DNA from: Bugula neritina
Taxonomy: Eukaryota > Animalia > Bryozoa
Assembly (NCBI GenBank): GCA_964035545.1
Contig: OZ037771.1
Span: 12,272,933-12,336,932, forward strand
Direction of reading: 5' to 3'
DNA length: 64,000 bases
Shown here: positions 41,695 through 63,893 of the stretch, in pieces
Layout: each line of letters begins with the position of its first letter
Numbering within the stretch: position 1 is the first letter of the stretch
Notes under the pieces: generated by a model
Database searches by the model: none
Told to the model about the DNA's origin: nothing
The model's input: only the letters and a program-made list of their open reading frames with translations
Program-made: the position numbers and the translations under genes

Positions 41695-44600
41695 ATGAGT
41701 CATTATCATAGCGCACGGCTGCGTGTTCAGCAACACTTAGAGCATATAAAAATATCATTAGAAATTATTAGTGAATTCCATTTGCTAGTAACTCGAGAAT
41801 TGGCGGACAACATTACATTAATTCGCGCAAAAGAGCTGCGAAAACAGCTTCTAAACAATCAAACTGTACAAGAAGCCGAACAACATTTAACAGAAGCTCG
41901 CGGTTTAGGTATAAGTGAGGAGAAGCTGCGAAATATACTGCGTGAATTTGATCGTATTGCAGGCGATAGAAAAACTATTTTAACAAAACTTGAGCATTGG
42001 CTTCATGAAATGGACGCCAATAGTTCTGACGGCGAAAATAGCACTTTCAAAATAGCAAAAGTTGATGTAAGATCTCGCGTGTTACCATCCATCCCTCCCT
42101 CAGATAATTCAAAAATTGTCAAATCGCATGCTAGTCATTCCTCGAGTAAGTCAAAAAATTCAGTTGAGTCGGAACGCGCTGGGCCTGCCAAATCCGTCAG
42201 CGTACATAGTTCTGATTATCAATCTAATCACTCCAAGTCAAAGAAATCTCATCATTCTAGTCACCATATTGGCAATTCTAGACATTCTGGAGCTAGTGAC
42301 ATATCCTCATCTCATGCACCTGATTCCGCTAGTGGTTCTTGGAAAACAAGAACTACTGGTACATCTAGATCTTCCAAATCTAACGCATCATACTATAAAG
42401 CTCAATTAGCTAAATCTGCGGCTAAAGTTGCTGCTGCTGAAGCAAAGTTTCAAGCAGAGTGTGAAGCTCGGCAGGTTGAAGAGGAAATACAGCGTCTTGA
42501 GCTCAAGCACAAAGAGCAAATCCTCACTCGCAAAGGCCACATTGCCGAGCTGAAACTCAAAGCTGAAATCGATGCAGAGAAAGCTCAGCTAAATGCATTT
42601 CAGCAAGCCCTAGACGATGAGCTTGAAACTGAGCTTAGAGATACTCTCATGAGACCCCCTTCTAGAGCATCTCATAACTCATCGAAGCCTTCACCATTTC
42701 TGCATTCTCCACATCATATTGACCTCTCAAATCAATTCCCATCAACTGGAGGTCAACCAGCTCACGATATAAAGCAGTCTTTAATGACTAAGGAGGAGTT
42801 GCCTCACCAAAGCCCAGGTATCCACAAAGATCCTTATGAACAATATCCACAAGTCAACTCAGCTGCTCATCTTCCTACACACCAAAATACTCATCCCACA
42901 CATACACACTTGCAATCACCTAACCCACTTACCAATCTGACCACTACAGATTTCTCTGCTGCTATAGGGAAGAGTATAGGTGACTCAATGGCCGCCGCTA
43001 TGACAATGCAAGCCAATCATCTTCCCACTCCTGACAAGTTTACTGGTGATCCGCTTGAGTACGCAGATTGGAAGCTGGCCTTTGATGGTTTGATTGGTTC
43101 TTGTCCATATACCGATTTACAGAAGCTCCATTTGTTGAGAGAGTATGTGGATGGCGATGCCAAGCAGGCTATAAGGGGCTATTTTTCATTGCAAAGTTCA
43201 AATGCGTATCAAGATGCATTACATGCTCTCGAAACTGAGTTTGGTTCGGAAGAGCTGATTGAAGAGCAGTTTCTAGACCGACTAGAAGCATGGCCTAGAG
43301 TAACTGATGCCAAATCTCTCAAGAGTTACAGTTACTTCTTAAACCAATGTCTATCTGCCTCAAGGCAGATATCTGGTTTGAAAGTCCTGGACAGAAAACG
43401 GGAGAACAAAAAGCTAGCGAGTGTTCTGCCCAACAACCTTCAAGAACGATGGTTAAGACATGCCATTGCAGAGGAGGAAAAGAGAAAAGTGTTCCCTTTC
43501 TTTCATAAATTTGCAGACTTTGTAGCACATGAGGCTAAAATTTCTTGTAGCAATTTGAGAGAAAAATATAAAAGTGGGTCCAGTAAAACTGCATTCAAGC
43601 CAATCACCAAACAAAACAACAGCAAACACTCAATTACATTAAAATCTGAAACAACATTACCAACACCAATAGTTTCAAAAACTTCAGAATTAGTCAAAAA
43701 TCAACAAAAACATGCTAATAAGTCACAACACACTGACAGCCAGTCAGCAAAACAACAAAACAGCCTGTCATTTGACCAAAAGCAGAGAAAAGAACCAGAA
43801 TGTGCATACTGCCTCTCAAACAAAAAACCCAGATGGAAACACCACACTGCTCACTGCTGGAATTTAGCAAAACTTTCTGCTCAACAAGTAAACGACTTCC
43901 TTGCTAGCAACAGCTTATGTTTCAAATGTGCCGTAAGCGGTCACAGTTACAAAAACTGCAACATGAAACCAGTATGTGAGACATGTAAGCAAGCTCATCC
44001 CACAATATTTCACCAGAAATACACATCTCAACCCACAAAGCAAGCAGATGAAAGTAAAATGCAATGTTCAAACCAAAATAAAGATAGCACAGTATGCAAT
44101 AATCTTTCCATAAATACATCACAAACACTCATGTCTATGACTCTTCCTGTTTGGGTTTCTTCTGTCAAAGATCCACATACAAAAGTATTAACATATGCCA
44201 ACCTTGACTCAGGCAGCGACTCATGTTATATAACTAATTCTATTGTTGAACAACTCACATGCACCAAAAAACCAACTAAACTGCCAATGGCAACAATGAC
44301 ACACCAAAACTTTGAGCTAGATACAATGGTAACCGATGACCTAATTATCAAAGGATATAGCTGCAATAAGGAGGTGAAACTTCCTAATGTGTATTCTGCA
44401 GAAGAAATACCTGCTAAGTATGAGTCTATTTCACAGGCGGGTGCTCTTACCGCCTGGCCACATTTACAAGACTTGGCAAAAAACATGGTCAAGAGACAAA
44501 ACATTTCAGTAGGTCTACTCATTGGAGGCAACTGCCCATTAGCCTTCAAACCTAGAGAGGTAGTAGTGGGAAACGACGCAGACGATGAACCATTTGGCGT

Positions 44601-47600
44601 ACGTACTGACCTAGGGTGGGTTATCATGGGTAGTCTAGCTACAAATAACACACATGATGACAATTCAGGCAGCAAAACAACAATAGTCAATAAAACCGTA
44701 ACTCATTCACCCAAGAAAGCTAAAACCACAGTATCTTTCAAATGCCAAACTGAAACATCAAAACAAATTAACAAAATCATAAATATATTGGCTCAAGATT
44801 TCAAGGAATGTGTAACAGACAAAGAAGCGGCTTCTGTAGAAGACCGAGCATTTTTGTCTCTCATGAAACAAGAAACAAAGATCATTGATGGTCATGTCAC
44901 CATGCCTCTACCTTTCAAACACAAACCACCACGAAATAACAGTTTTAAAACAGCAAAAAACCGATTCAATTCACTACTGAAAAAGTTCTCTAAGAATCAA
45001 AACTTGGAAAACCAGTACAAAAAGTTCATGGAAGACCTCATTAGCAAGGGTGAGGCTGAAATAGTTCCACAAGGCTTAGCTAGCCATGAGGACAGCACAT
45101 GGTACATACCACATTTCGAGGTATGGCATCCAAAGAAGCCAGGCAAGATTAGAGTAGTCTTCGATGGTGCTGCAAAGACAGATGGAAAGTGCATAAACGA
45201 CTATCTCATGACAGGTCCAGATCATCTAAACAGTCTAACTGGTATCCTCCTTCGCTTCCGCCAGGAACAGATTGCTGTTACATGTGATATTGAGCGAATG
45301 TTTCACCAATTTCGTGTTGCAACGGAAGATACAGATTATCTCCGATTTTTCTGGCTAGATGAACGTGGTGAAATAGCAGTGTTCCGCATGAAAGTGCATG
45401 TGTTTGGAGCGACCTCGTCTCCTGCATGTGCAACATATGGCCTACGTTATCTGGCTGACCAATACAGCACAGATGATCCATCAAGTCAACAAGCCCGAAA
45501 CTTCATTAGAAATCAGTTCTATGTGGATGACGGCTTGCTTAGTATGCCTGACGCAACATCTGCAACAAAAGTACTTACTGAGGCAATGAGAATTTGCCAA
45601 CAAGGTAAAGTACACTTGCACAAGATTCTTTCTAACGAGAAAGAAGTATTAAATTCATTCCCCAAATCTGAACAATCTGCAACTCTGCATGATCTTGACC
45701 TAAACTCTGACTGTCTTCCAACTGAAAGAACTTTGGGATTGATGTGGAATTCTGAGCAAGATTCCTTTCAGTTTCAAGTTAATCTCGCTGATAAGCCCAA
45801 CACTAGACGAGGTGTGCTCTCAAATGTAGCCTCGGTCTTTGATCCACTTGGCCTCATATCACCGGTTATACTGCAAGGTAAAATGGTTCTCCAAGATCTT
45901 TGCAGAAAACATTTAGACTGGGATGATCCTTTAGATGAAAGCATGCTGGCAAAATGGTTGCCATGGAAACAAAGCCTCAAAGATCTTGAACACCTATCAA
46001 TTCCTAGAAACTACGTACCATCATCATTTGGAACACCTGCTAAGGTTGAGCTCCATACTTTTAGCGACGCGAGTACAACGGGCTACGGCCAATGCTCCTA
46101 CTTGCGATTTGTAAGCCCAGCCAAACGTGTGCATGTTGCTTTAATCTGTAGCAAAGGTCGTGTCACTCCGCTCAAAGCTATTACTGTTCCCAGATTGGAA
46201 CTTCAAGCAGCACGTGGGGCTGTAGATTTAAGCCTCAAGGCAGCAGAAGAGCTAGGTATGGACAATGTAGCTCAGTACTTTTATTCTGACTCAGAAGTAG
46301 TTCTTGGTTATATAAAGAACACACAGGCTAGATATCACACATTTGTTGCAAATCGAGTTCAGCAAATCCGTGACGGCTCCAATGCCGACAACTGGTTTCA
46401 TGTCCCAACTAAACTCAACCCTGCAGATCATGCATCACGTGGGTTATCACCAAAGCAAATTTTCTCTCCTGAGTGCGTTTGGTTCACAGGACCAGACTTC
46501 TTGTGGAATGAACCTCTCATACTCCCTCATCAGAAAAAATTCATCAACTCACATGACGATCAAGAAGTGAAAGTTTCATTAGCCACTCAACACATCCTTG
46601 CTCCTCTTAGTCAGCGTATAACCATTTTCTCTAACCTAGATTACACTCTTAAGGTTATTGCTAGAATCCAAACAGCACTATGCAAAACCCCTCTCACTCA
46701 GCAAGAGAAACGCCAAAAAGCGTTACACTCTTTGGTCAAGTCAGTTCAATCAGAATTCTTCACTCCAGAAATCAAGCAACTCCAACAAACTCAGACTACA
46801 TCTAAGCATAGCTCCATTGCAAAACTATGCCCATTTCTAGATAAGGCGGGTCTACTCAGGGTGGGAGGAAGGCTACAAAACAGTAAATCGCTATCATTCG
46901 AAGAAAAACATCCTTTACTCTTACCTAAGCATAGTCATCTCACTACGCTTATCATAAATGACACACATGCAAAACTAGGACACCTTGGCTTAGAGTATAC
47001 TCTGTCTAGAATAAGATCACAGGGATTTTGGATCATCGGTGGTAAATCCACAATTTCATCAAAGCTACGTCTCTGTGTAACATGTAAAAGAATCAAAGCT
47101 AAACCCTTGACACCACAAATGGCAACATTACCATCAGTGAGAGTTAACGAAGCCCCTCCTTTCACCCACTGTGGATTAGATTGTTTCGGCCCTTTTATTG
47201 TCAAGGATGGTAGAAAGGAATCGAAACGATATGGCTTGATAGTCACATGTATGGCCTCACGAGCTGTTCACATTGAACTTTTAGAGGACATGACTACTGA
47301 CAGCTTTATAAACGCTATCAGGACTGTGGTAGCCATTAGGGGTCCAATTCAGACAATTCAATCAGACCAAGGTACCAACTTCATTGGTGCCGCGAGTCTT
47401 CTACAAAGTGATGGGACCGACAGCAAACTTAAATCTATGAACATCACAATGAATTTCAACCCTCCTCACTCTAGCAATTTTGGAGGAGTGTGGGAAAGGC
47501 AGATAAGGACTATCCGCTCTGTGCTACAAGGCCTTGGAACGAGACATGGTGGGAGGCTCTCTACCTCTTTGCTACGAACTTTGTTTTATGAAGTGATGGC

Positions 47601-48063
47601 CATCATAAACTGTCGCCCATTAACCTCAACAACTGATGACATGCTTCCAATCACCCCAAACATGTTGTTGACTATGAAGTCTGACGTTGTTCTACCACCT
47701 CCAAGCACATTTGAGGAGGCAGACATATATGCGAGGAAGCGTTGGAGAGTGGTCCAGCAGTTGGCAAATGAATTTTGGACACGCTGGCGCAAGCAATACT
47801 TGCTTTATTTACAGTCGCGGCAAAAATGGGTAAATAAAGTACCAGAGATCAAGGTGGGGGATATCGTTCTACTGTGTGATGACAATACAGTAAGAAATCA
47901 GTGGCCTTTAGCACGTGTCGTAGAATGCAACCTGTCTCATGACAGCGTTGTTAGATCAGTTAAGGTGCTTGTTGGTAGTAAAACATACCCCAAAGACTCC
48001 AATAAAAGAGTCTATTTAATTCGACCAATATCAAAATTAGTTGTACTAGTCCGATCGAGCTAA
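41695..48063 (+). CDS. BEL/Pao Gag-Pol polyprotein (gag, aspartic protease, RT, RNase H, integrase), 2122 aa
   Basis: Gag FTGDPLEYADW; triple knuckle CAYC..H..C / CFKC..GH...C / CETC...H...H; protease LDSGS; RT YIPH..RVVFD..DIERMFHQ..FGATSSP..FYVDD; RNase H FSDAS, TVPRLEL, YSDS, NPAD; integrase H..H..CVTC, GLDCFGP, SDQGTNF, GGVWER; C-terminal FWTRWRKQYL. PR-RT-RH-IN order with Pao-type motifs. Confidence 0.97.
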   Translation: MSHYHSARLRVQQHLEHIKISLEIISEFHLLVTRELADNITLIRAKELRKQLLNNQTVQEAEQHLTEARGLGISEEKLRNILREFDRIAGDRKTILTKLEHWLHEMDANSSDGENSTFKIAKVDVRSRVLPSIPPSDNSKIVKSHASHSSSKSKNSVESERAGPAKSVSVHSSDYQSNHSKSKKSHHSSHHIGNSRHSGASDISSSHAPDSASGSWKTRTTGTSRSSKSNASYYKAQLAKSAAKVAAAEAKFQAECEARQVEEEIQRLELKHKEQILTRKGHIAELKLKAEIDAEKAQLNAFQQALDDELETELRDTLMRPPSRASHNSSKPSPFLHSPHHIDLSNQFPSTGGQPAHDIKQSLMTKEELPHQSPGIHKDPYEQYPQVNSAAHLPTHQNTHPTHTHLQSPNPLTNLTTTDFSAAIGKSIGDSMAAAMTMQANHLPTPDKFTGDPLEYADWKLAFDGLIGSCPYTDLQKLHLLREYVDGDAKQAIRGYFSLQSSNAYQDALHALETEFGSEELIEEQFLDRLEAWPRVTDAKSLKSYSYFLNQCLSASRQISGLKVLDRKRENKKLASVLPNNLQERWLRHAIAEEEKRKVFPFFHKFADFVAHEAKISCSNLREKYKSGSSKTAFKPITKQNNSKHSITLKSETTLPTPIVSKTSELVKNQQKHANKSQHTDSQSAKQQNSLSFDQKQRKEPECAYCLSNKKPRWKHHTAHCWNLAKLSAQQVNDFLASNSLCFKCAVSGHSYKNCNMKPVCETCKQAHPTIFHQKYTSQPTKQADESKMQCSNQNKDSTVCNNLSINTSQTLMSMTLPVWVSSVKDPHTKVLTYANLDSGSDSCYITNSIVEQLTCTKKPTKLPMATMTHQNFELDTMVTDDLIIKGYSCNKEVKLPNVYSAEEIPAKYESISQAGALTAWPHLQDLAKNMVKRQNISVGLLIGGNCPLAFKPREVVVGNDADDEPFGVRTDLGWVIMGSLATNNTHDDNSGSKTTIVNKTVTHSPKKAKTTVSFKCQTETSKQINKIINILAQDFKECVTDKEAASVEDRAFLSLMKQETKIIDGHVTMPLPFKHKPPRNNSFKTAKNRFNSLLKKFSKNQNLENQYKKFMEDLISKGEAEIVPQGLASHEDSTWYIPHFEVWHPKKPGKIRVVFDGAAKTDGKCINDYLMTGPDHLNSLTGILLRFRQEQIAVTCDIERMFHQFRVATEDTDYLRFFWLDERGEIAVFRMKVHVFGATSSPACATYGLRYLADQYSTDDPSSQQARNFIRNQFYVDDGLLSMPDATSATKVLTEAMRICQQGKVHLHKILSNEKEVLNSFPKSEQSATLHDLDLNSDCLPTERTLGLMWNSEQDSFQFQVNLADKPNTRRGVLSNVASVFDPLGLISPVILQGKMVLQDLCRKHLDWDDPLDESMLAKWLPWKQSLKDLEHLSIPRNYVPSSFGTPAKVELHTFSDASTTGYGQCSYLRFVSPAKRVHVALICSKGRVTPLKAITVPRLELQAARGAVDLSLKAAEELGMDNVAQYFYSDSEVVLGYIKNTQARYHTFVANRVQQIRDGSNADNWFHVPTKLNPADHASRGLSPKQIFSPECVWFTGPDFLWNEPLILPHQKKFINSHDDQEVKVSLATQHILAPLSQRITIFSNLDYTLKVIARIQTALCKTPLTQQEKRQKALHSLVKSVQSEFFTPEIKQLQQTQTTSKHSSIAKLCPFLDKAGLLRVGGRLQNSKSLSFEEKHPLLLPKHSHLTTLIINDTHAKLGHLGLEYTLSRIRSQGFWIIGGKSTISSKLRLCVTCKRIKAKPLTPQMATLPSVRVNEAPPFTHCGLDCFGPFIVKDGRKESKRYGLIVTCMASRAVHIELLEDMTTDSFINAIRTVVAIRGPIQTIQSDQGTNFIGAASLLQSDGTDSKLKSMNITMNFNPPHSSNFGGVWERQIRTIRSVLQGLGTRHGGRLSTSLLRTLFYEVMAIINCRPLTSTTDDMLPITPNMLLTMKSDVVLPPPSTFEEADIYARKRWRVVQQLANEFWTRWRKQYLLYLQSRQKWVNKVPEIKVGDIVLLCDDNTVRNQWPLARVVECNLSHDSVVRSVKVLVGSKTYPKDSNKRVYLIRPISKLVVLVRSS

Positions 48064-48110
48064 ACATACATTCAAAATTACAAGTCACTTTTAGAAATTT
48101 CAGGTGGGAG

Positions 48111-48855
48111 TGTAATTAATTGGAATGCCAGTGAAATTTCTTGCTCTCATCAAAACAAACAAAGTTAACCAACGTGCCCATAATTAGAAAACCATTACAT
48201 TAGTCATGTATATGTAGCTGTTTTGCTTTTATAGCTATGACAAATTTGCACACGAAAGTCAACAAGATTTCCTCATGTGTATGATTTCACTATGACTAAG
48301 TTATATAAATAGTTTTTTACACCATCAGCTTCCTGAAATGATTCATCCATTGAAGTATATTTTACTCTCAGCTCTCATTCTATGCTACACTTTCAGTCAG
48401 CTAACATGTAGCATAAACTGCTGAGTAACTTTTCACTTATGTTATATTAAATATTTTGTTGCATTTAAATCAATATTGTCAAAGTAGAGAATAAATACCT
48501 ACTACATTAACATCAAAGTTATAAGCTCCATTCCTGGATGGTCTAACAAGGTAATTATTGCTATTGTAGTATTTTTGACAATCATTTATGGCATTTGTAT
48601 TATCCTATTTTTAATATCAATTTTAATAATTTAGATGGTGTATACTGATTTTTATAGCAAGACTTGTTCTTTATTTGAAGCTTATTAGTTAATGTCAAAT
48701 TATCACTGATAAAAGTTTTATCACATATTATCATTCATTATAGCATATTCACAATTTCATTAATTGTAGTTTTCACGACAGTTTTACCAATAAAACATCA
48801 GTAGAGACTGAAGACCACATTGTGCCTGTTTACAAACCAGGGATGATAGTTTACA
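48111..48855 (+). repeat. 3' LTR of the BEL/Pao element
   Basis: Follows the PPT; 745 bp; matches the 5' LTR. Confidence 0.97.
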
Positions 48856-49727
48856 TGTATTATGTTATACTTATATATTTTTAAGACTTTAAGGAAAATG
48901 ATGTTTTAGCTGCGTTATTCCTAATGCAAGCCTTATAAATTTACAATATATACTAAAATATTATATTTGTAATTAGAAAGAAAACAAATTACTTTCATAA
49001 ACTTATAATTATTGCATTCTGTTATTGTTAATGCTAGAATAACAAATTGAACACGGCATATGCTTCCCTAACCAGATGCTTTTAAACGGATTAAAAATAA
49101 TTTGTCAATTTCTAATTATGAGGAACAAACTCCTCGGTAGTTTCTACATTTGCGCATGATTTTATCAAGATAGGCTTGCTTTTGTGTCAACCTGTAGCCA
49201 GTGCAACTATACTTTATGTAACGAGTAAAACAGACTCATTTCAAAGTACACAGTCTAAAGGGTAGGAATTACTACAAAGAAAAGTGCCGGTTAAAAGTTA
49301 ATTATAATTGGAAATAAGGTGAAATATCAGTCAGAAATTAAAAAGTGTCAACTAAAAAATCGCATTATTATTTCTTTTTGGCTTAATGAAAATGTTTTTT
49401 GAGGAAGAAGTACGAGAAACATCTAGGAGGGGTTCATATCCACCACTGGCGACTACCTGTTTATTGATGAAGAACTATCCAATGATAGTGCAGTATTATG
49501 GTCTTTTGCCTTATAATTGCCTTTGATTTTTTTATGTCTAATTACGAGATACTAAACAGATGCAAAGTATGTTGTGCATAGGCAGTTTTTTTATGTCTCT
49601 AAACAACATTCTAGGAAAATATATACTGGAAAATAGCTAGCCACATGCCTAACAATTATAACCCATTTGAGGCTCCAAATATTTATATAATGATAGTTAC
49701 TCATTTAGTGCACCACTCATTTATGAT

Positions 49728-49800
49728 GACTGCGTAGTCCAGAGGTTAAAGGTTAAGTTGGTTGGTCATGGTTCAAACCTTTTCTGTAGCAATTTTTTTG
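49728..49800 (+). mobile_element. Possible tRNA-derived SINE head fragment
   Basis: A-box-like tagtccagagg and B-box-like ggttcaaacc about 25 nt apart; no cloverleaf. Confidence 0.3.
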
Positions 49801-50293
49801 TCAACTTATGCAAGTCTTACGCATATATAATAAATATGGCAATAGCTGTAGTATTTCTTCAACTTTTGAAACATTATTCAACAGTAGAACAACATACATG
49901 CATACTAATTGGATACTGAACACTGGGCTAAACCTTAAATTGATTTTATAGAATACAATGTACTTAAAAAAATCATATAATGTATTAGGGAAACTGAAAG
50001 TACACCTGCTGCACTATAGACAGACCTTTACTGACAAGACTGCAAAGTGAAGTGATTTAGCTGAAATTAACTCTGCCAAACAAACAAAGAATTATGTTGT
50101 GCTGAGGCATTTTCAATAGGTTGTAACATAGTGAGATGATGCAGCTAAGTGCTAATGTAAAACAGGGAACATTATATTGGCAAAAATCCAATATATATAA
50201 TATATAGATATTGTGACAGGTTTCAGCATGATAGAAACTTCCTGCTAGCACTGTGTAATAATCACACTGTCACTGTATGATGTTACAGAGAAG

Positions 50294-61192
<10,899 letters not shown>

Positions 61193-62046
61193 GTACTCGG
61201 TACACAACTCAAATTTGAAGCTGCACAAAGCTTAATTCAATCATTGAAGATTTTTGACTTGAAACATGGAGTGAGTTTGTGTGACTTGTTTATTATTACT
61301 TGACAGCCATATTATCTAGCAAAGACTTTTAACTACTATATTTTAATTATACCTACAGTATATAGAATGTCAGGTTATAATATTTATTATCAATATATTG
61401 TAACAGTTGATTTTATGACTTTTTAAACACCAACAACCCTTATTTATATCACACCTTTTAAATAGCCAAGTTTATTATTTTTTCTACTTTGATGTGACAC
61501 TAAGTTATGACTAGGTTAAGTCTCAAGCACATGTTTTAACTGCCATGTTATCAACCTTATTATATCAATTAGCTTGCTAGTATATCAAAGTTTCCTTTTC
61601 ATATTTTATCAATAGATTTTATTCAATTATATTATGTTAGAATGTTTGCTTTTATATTAATACAAGTAATAATAGAAATACATTCAATTTCTATAACACA
61701 TTCACAGGTCTACTATCTATCTTCACATATACTACTCTCAACTGTAGCTATATAAAAACTGTGCGGAAGCATTCTGCTTCGCCGGGGGGGGGGGGGGGGG
61801 GTAATCACGTGCTTCCATATGATTGGCTTTAATGCATGTGTATAACTAGTATGCTTTGTTGACCACTACACCGCCCCCTCCAGCAGGGAGCCTACTTTCT
61901 GCTAATTATAGAGTGGAAGAGAACCGTACTATAAAAAACTATTATATATATATATAAAAACAAAGTTATCTAAGGCAATTTCTACAAAAGGTGTTTATCC
62001 AAAAAAACTTACATATAAAAAGAAAATGACATCCATCGAGGCACCC

Positions 62047-62200
<154 letters not shown>

Positions 62201-62269
62201 AAACAAAGAACCATAGTGATTGTCTACCATATGTACAGTTATATTCTGATATCACCTATTGAGCACCAG

Positions 62270-63485
62270 TTTGTCATGGAGGGGAGCAGGTCACCCTGAG
62301 TGGGGAGTGTGTGGCGGGTTGGGGAATACTATATTAATCTTTGACGGCTCGTTTGAGCTGGGCTATGGACTCTTTTAGTGATCATAACTCACTTGCTGCC
62401 TCTTTAACCCTAGGAGCAAGTTCATGTGCCTCTTGTTCGAGTTTGTTGGCTCTAAGTTCTACTTCCCGCAAGTTGCGGGCCAACGCTGAGGAACGTGGAG
62501 GGGAGGGTTGCTGCCACCGTCTCTTTTGGTCTGTAGGAGGGGAAAAGGGAGGAAGTTTGTAAGACTTATTTTGATGCATTGTAGTAAGACACGAGGGATA
62601 GATCAAGGGGAGTTCTTCGGATATCTGGGAGGCTTCGTAGTGGGTCCGGGGGTGATGGGCCGGGGAGCGGAAAATCCCTGGTTAGGACGCTCTAGCCGAG
62701 CGGAGTCTGAGATGAACGGTCGTATGAGATCGAGGAATGTGAGGTAGGAGGCTTCATCCACGTCATATGGATTCTCTTAGAAACAATTCATGGTACGTTG
62801 GTGCCTTAGTATATAGTCCCTGTGGTAGCTAAACTCCCCACAGGGACAGAAGGTGGTAACGGAGTGCTGCGGGAGGTGTACCTACAGCCGGCGGTGGGTG
62901 GTGAAGTGTTGTTGGCAGAGCCGACAAAAAAGTGTTACCTTCATCGCCCCTGTAATTGTGGATTTCCCATATTCTTATTGTGTTACCCTTGTATTATTTT
63001 ATATTTCTTATATATTGTTTTTCTTAGAGCAGTACTTTTTGATAGGAAGGGAGAAGGTAAGGGTTTTTCATAGTGTGTTAATTGTATTAATAATTGTATT
63101 ATTAGTAGATTTCAATATTTTGTACTTGTATTGAAAGGATACTTCTCGCCGACAGTGGAGTGATGCAGCTGGTGTCATGTTACTTGGGTGGCCTGATTCG
63201 TCTTGGCCAATCAATGAGGACTGACATGCTAGTTAGTAGGCGTAGCTGCTATAACTGTAGTGGAAGCCAGTTATAGGCAGCGTAACCGGCAGAGAGGATT
63301 TGGACTTGTTAGCGTGAAGTTGTGTACAGTTAGCTCTTTATTTATGTAATTGTTTTGTGTTAGTTTGTGTTATTTTTTTATGCGTGTAATTTGAAGTAAA
63401 TAAACTCTTAGCAATTAGTAAAACCTGGCGTAGTGACATTCATTAAATAGACCGAGTGATTGCAGTGAAGCATAATTTCACAACA
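62270..63485 (+). mobile_element. 5'-truncated LTR retroelement remnant: GC-richer 3' internal region plus 3' LTR (~63161-63485)
   Basis: Abrupt GC rise at ~62270; purine-rich gacagtggag then TGATG...CAACA bounding a 325-bp segment with AATAAA at ~63399. The right end coincides with the breakpoint in the duplicated exon. No RT/IN motif seen, so superfamily not assigned. Confidence 0.55.
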
Positions 63486-63893
63486 CCAGTTCTGTCTGTT
63501 GGTTGTTGTGAGTTTCCAGAGTTTAGCTTACTCTTTACAATTTCTGAGTTTAAGGAGCCAAAGTCATCTGTAAAGCCTTCCACCATCTCTTCATCTTTGT
63601 TTAATAAATTTTCCCAAGTGTTGTCAAATAGTTTTATATCATTTGCCAACTCTTTAAGTTTGTTCTCCGCTACCTTTAGCTTTTCCTCTGCTTCATCTAG
63701 CATCTCAGGGCTGATACTATCTAACTTCTCTACCAAGTTTCTATGTGCTTGTTGTGGCACATATTTCTTCTTATCAGGTGAATTTTGTGGATTTTCTGCT
63801 CCGGATATGATAAAATCTTCTGATGTCTGGCTTAAGTTATCTATTTTGAAGATTCTTCTGGGACGTCTGCATCTTTGTTTTGAGAAGATAACC
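63443..63893 (-). pseudogene. Paralog of the 443-1187 exon, open reading frame but truncated by the LTR remnant
   Basis: Acceptor at 63895-63894; VIFSKQRCRRPRRIFKIDN...NSQQPTDRTG is open, then runs into LTR sequence to a stop at 63445-63443. Upstream exons lie beyond the window. Confidence 0.6.

Larger units (their letters stand above)
40236..48855 (+). mobile_element. Full-length, intact BEL/Pao LTR retrotransposon (8620 bp)
   Basis: 745-bp LTRs 40236-40980 and 48111-48855 (TGTAA...TTACA, no differences seen). 5-bp TSD TGTAT (40231-40235/48856-48860) confirmed by the empty site in the left arm (~18710-18714). PPT aggtgggag at 48102-48110. Single gag-pol ORF. Confidence 0.98.
37665..49628 (-). 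repeat. Right arm of the inverted duplication, interrupted by a MITE (38067-38230) and the BEL/Pao element (40236-48855)
   Basis: Removing both insertions and their TSDs restores the reverse complement of 17942-21112. Confidence 0.95.

Noticed and set aside
42116-47792. Short ORFs overlapping the BEL polyprotein on both strands (likewise those within 55286-56949)
   Set aside because: Shadow frames of long coding sequence without independent motifs.
17942-49628. Polinton/Maverick or other autonomous giant DNA transposon
   Set aside because: No TSD, and no polymerase, integrase, capsid or transposase remnants recognised between the arms.
49728-49800. tRNA gene
   Set aside because: Box A/B-like motifs only; no acceptor or anticodon stems.
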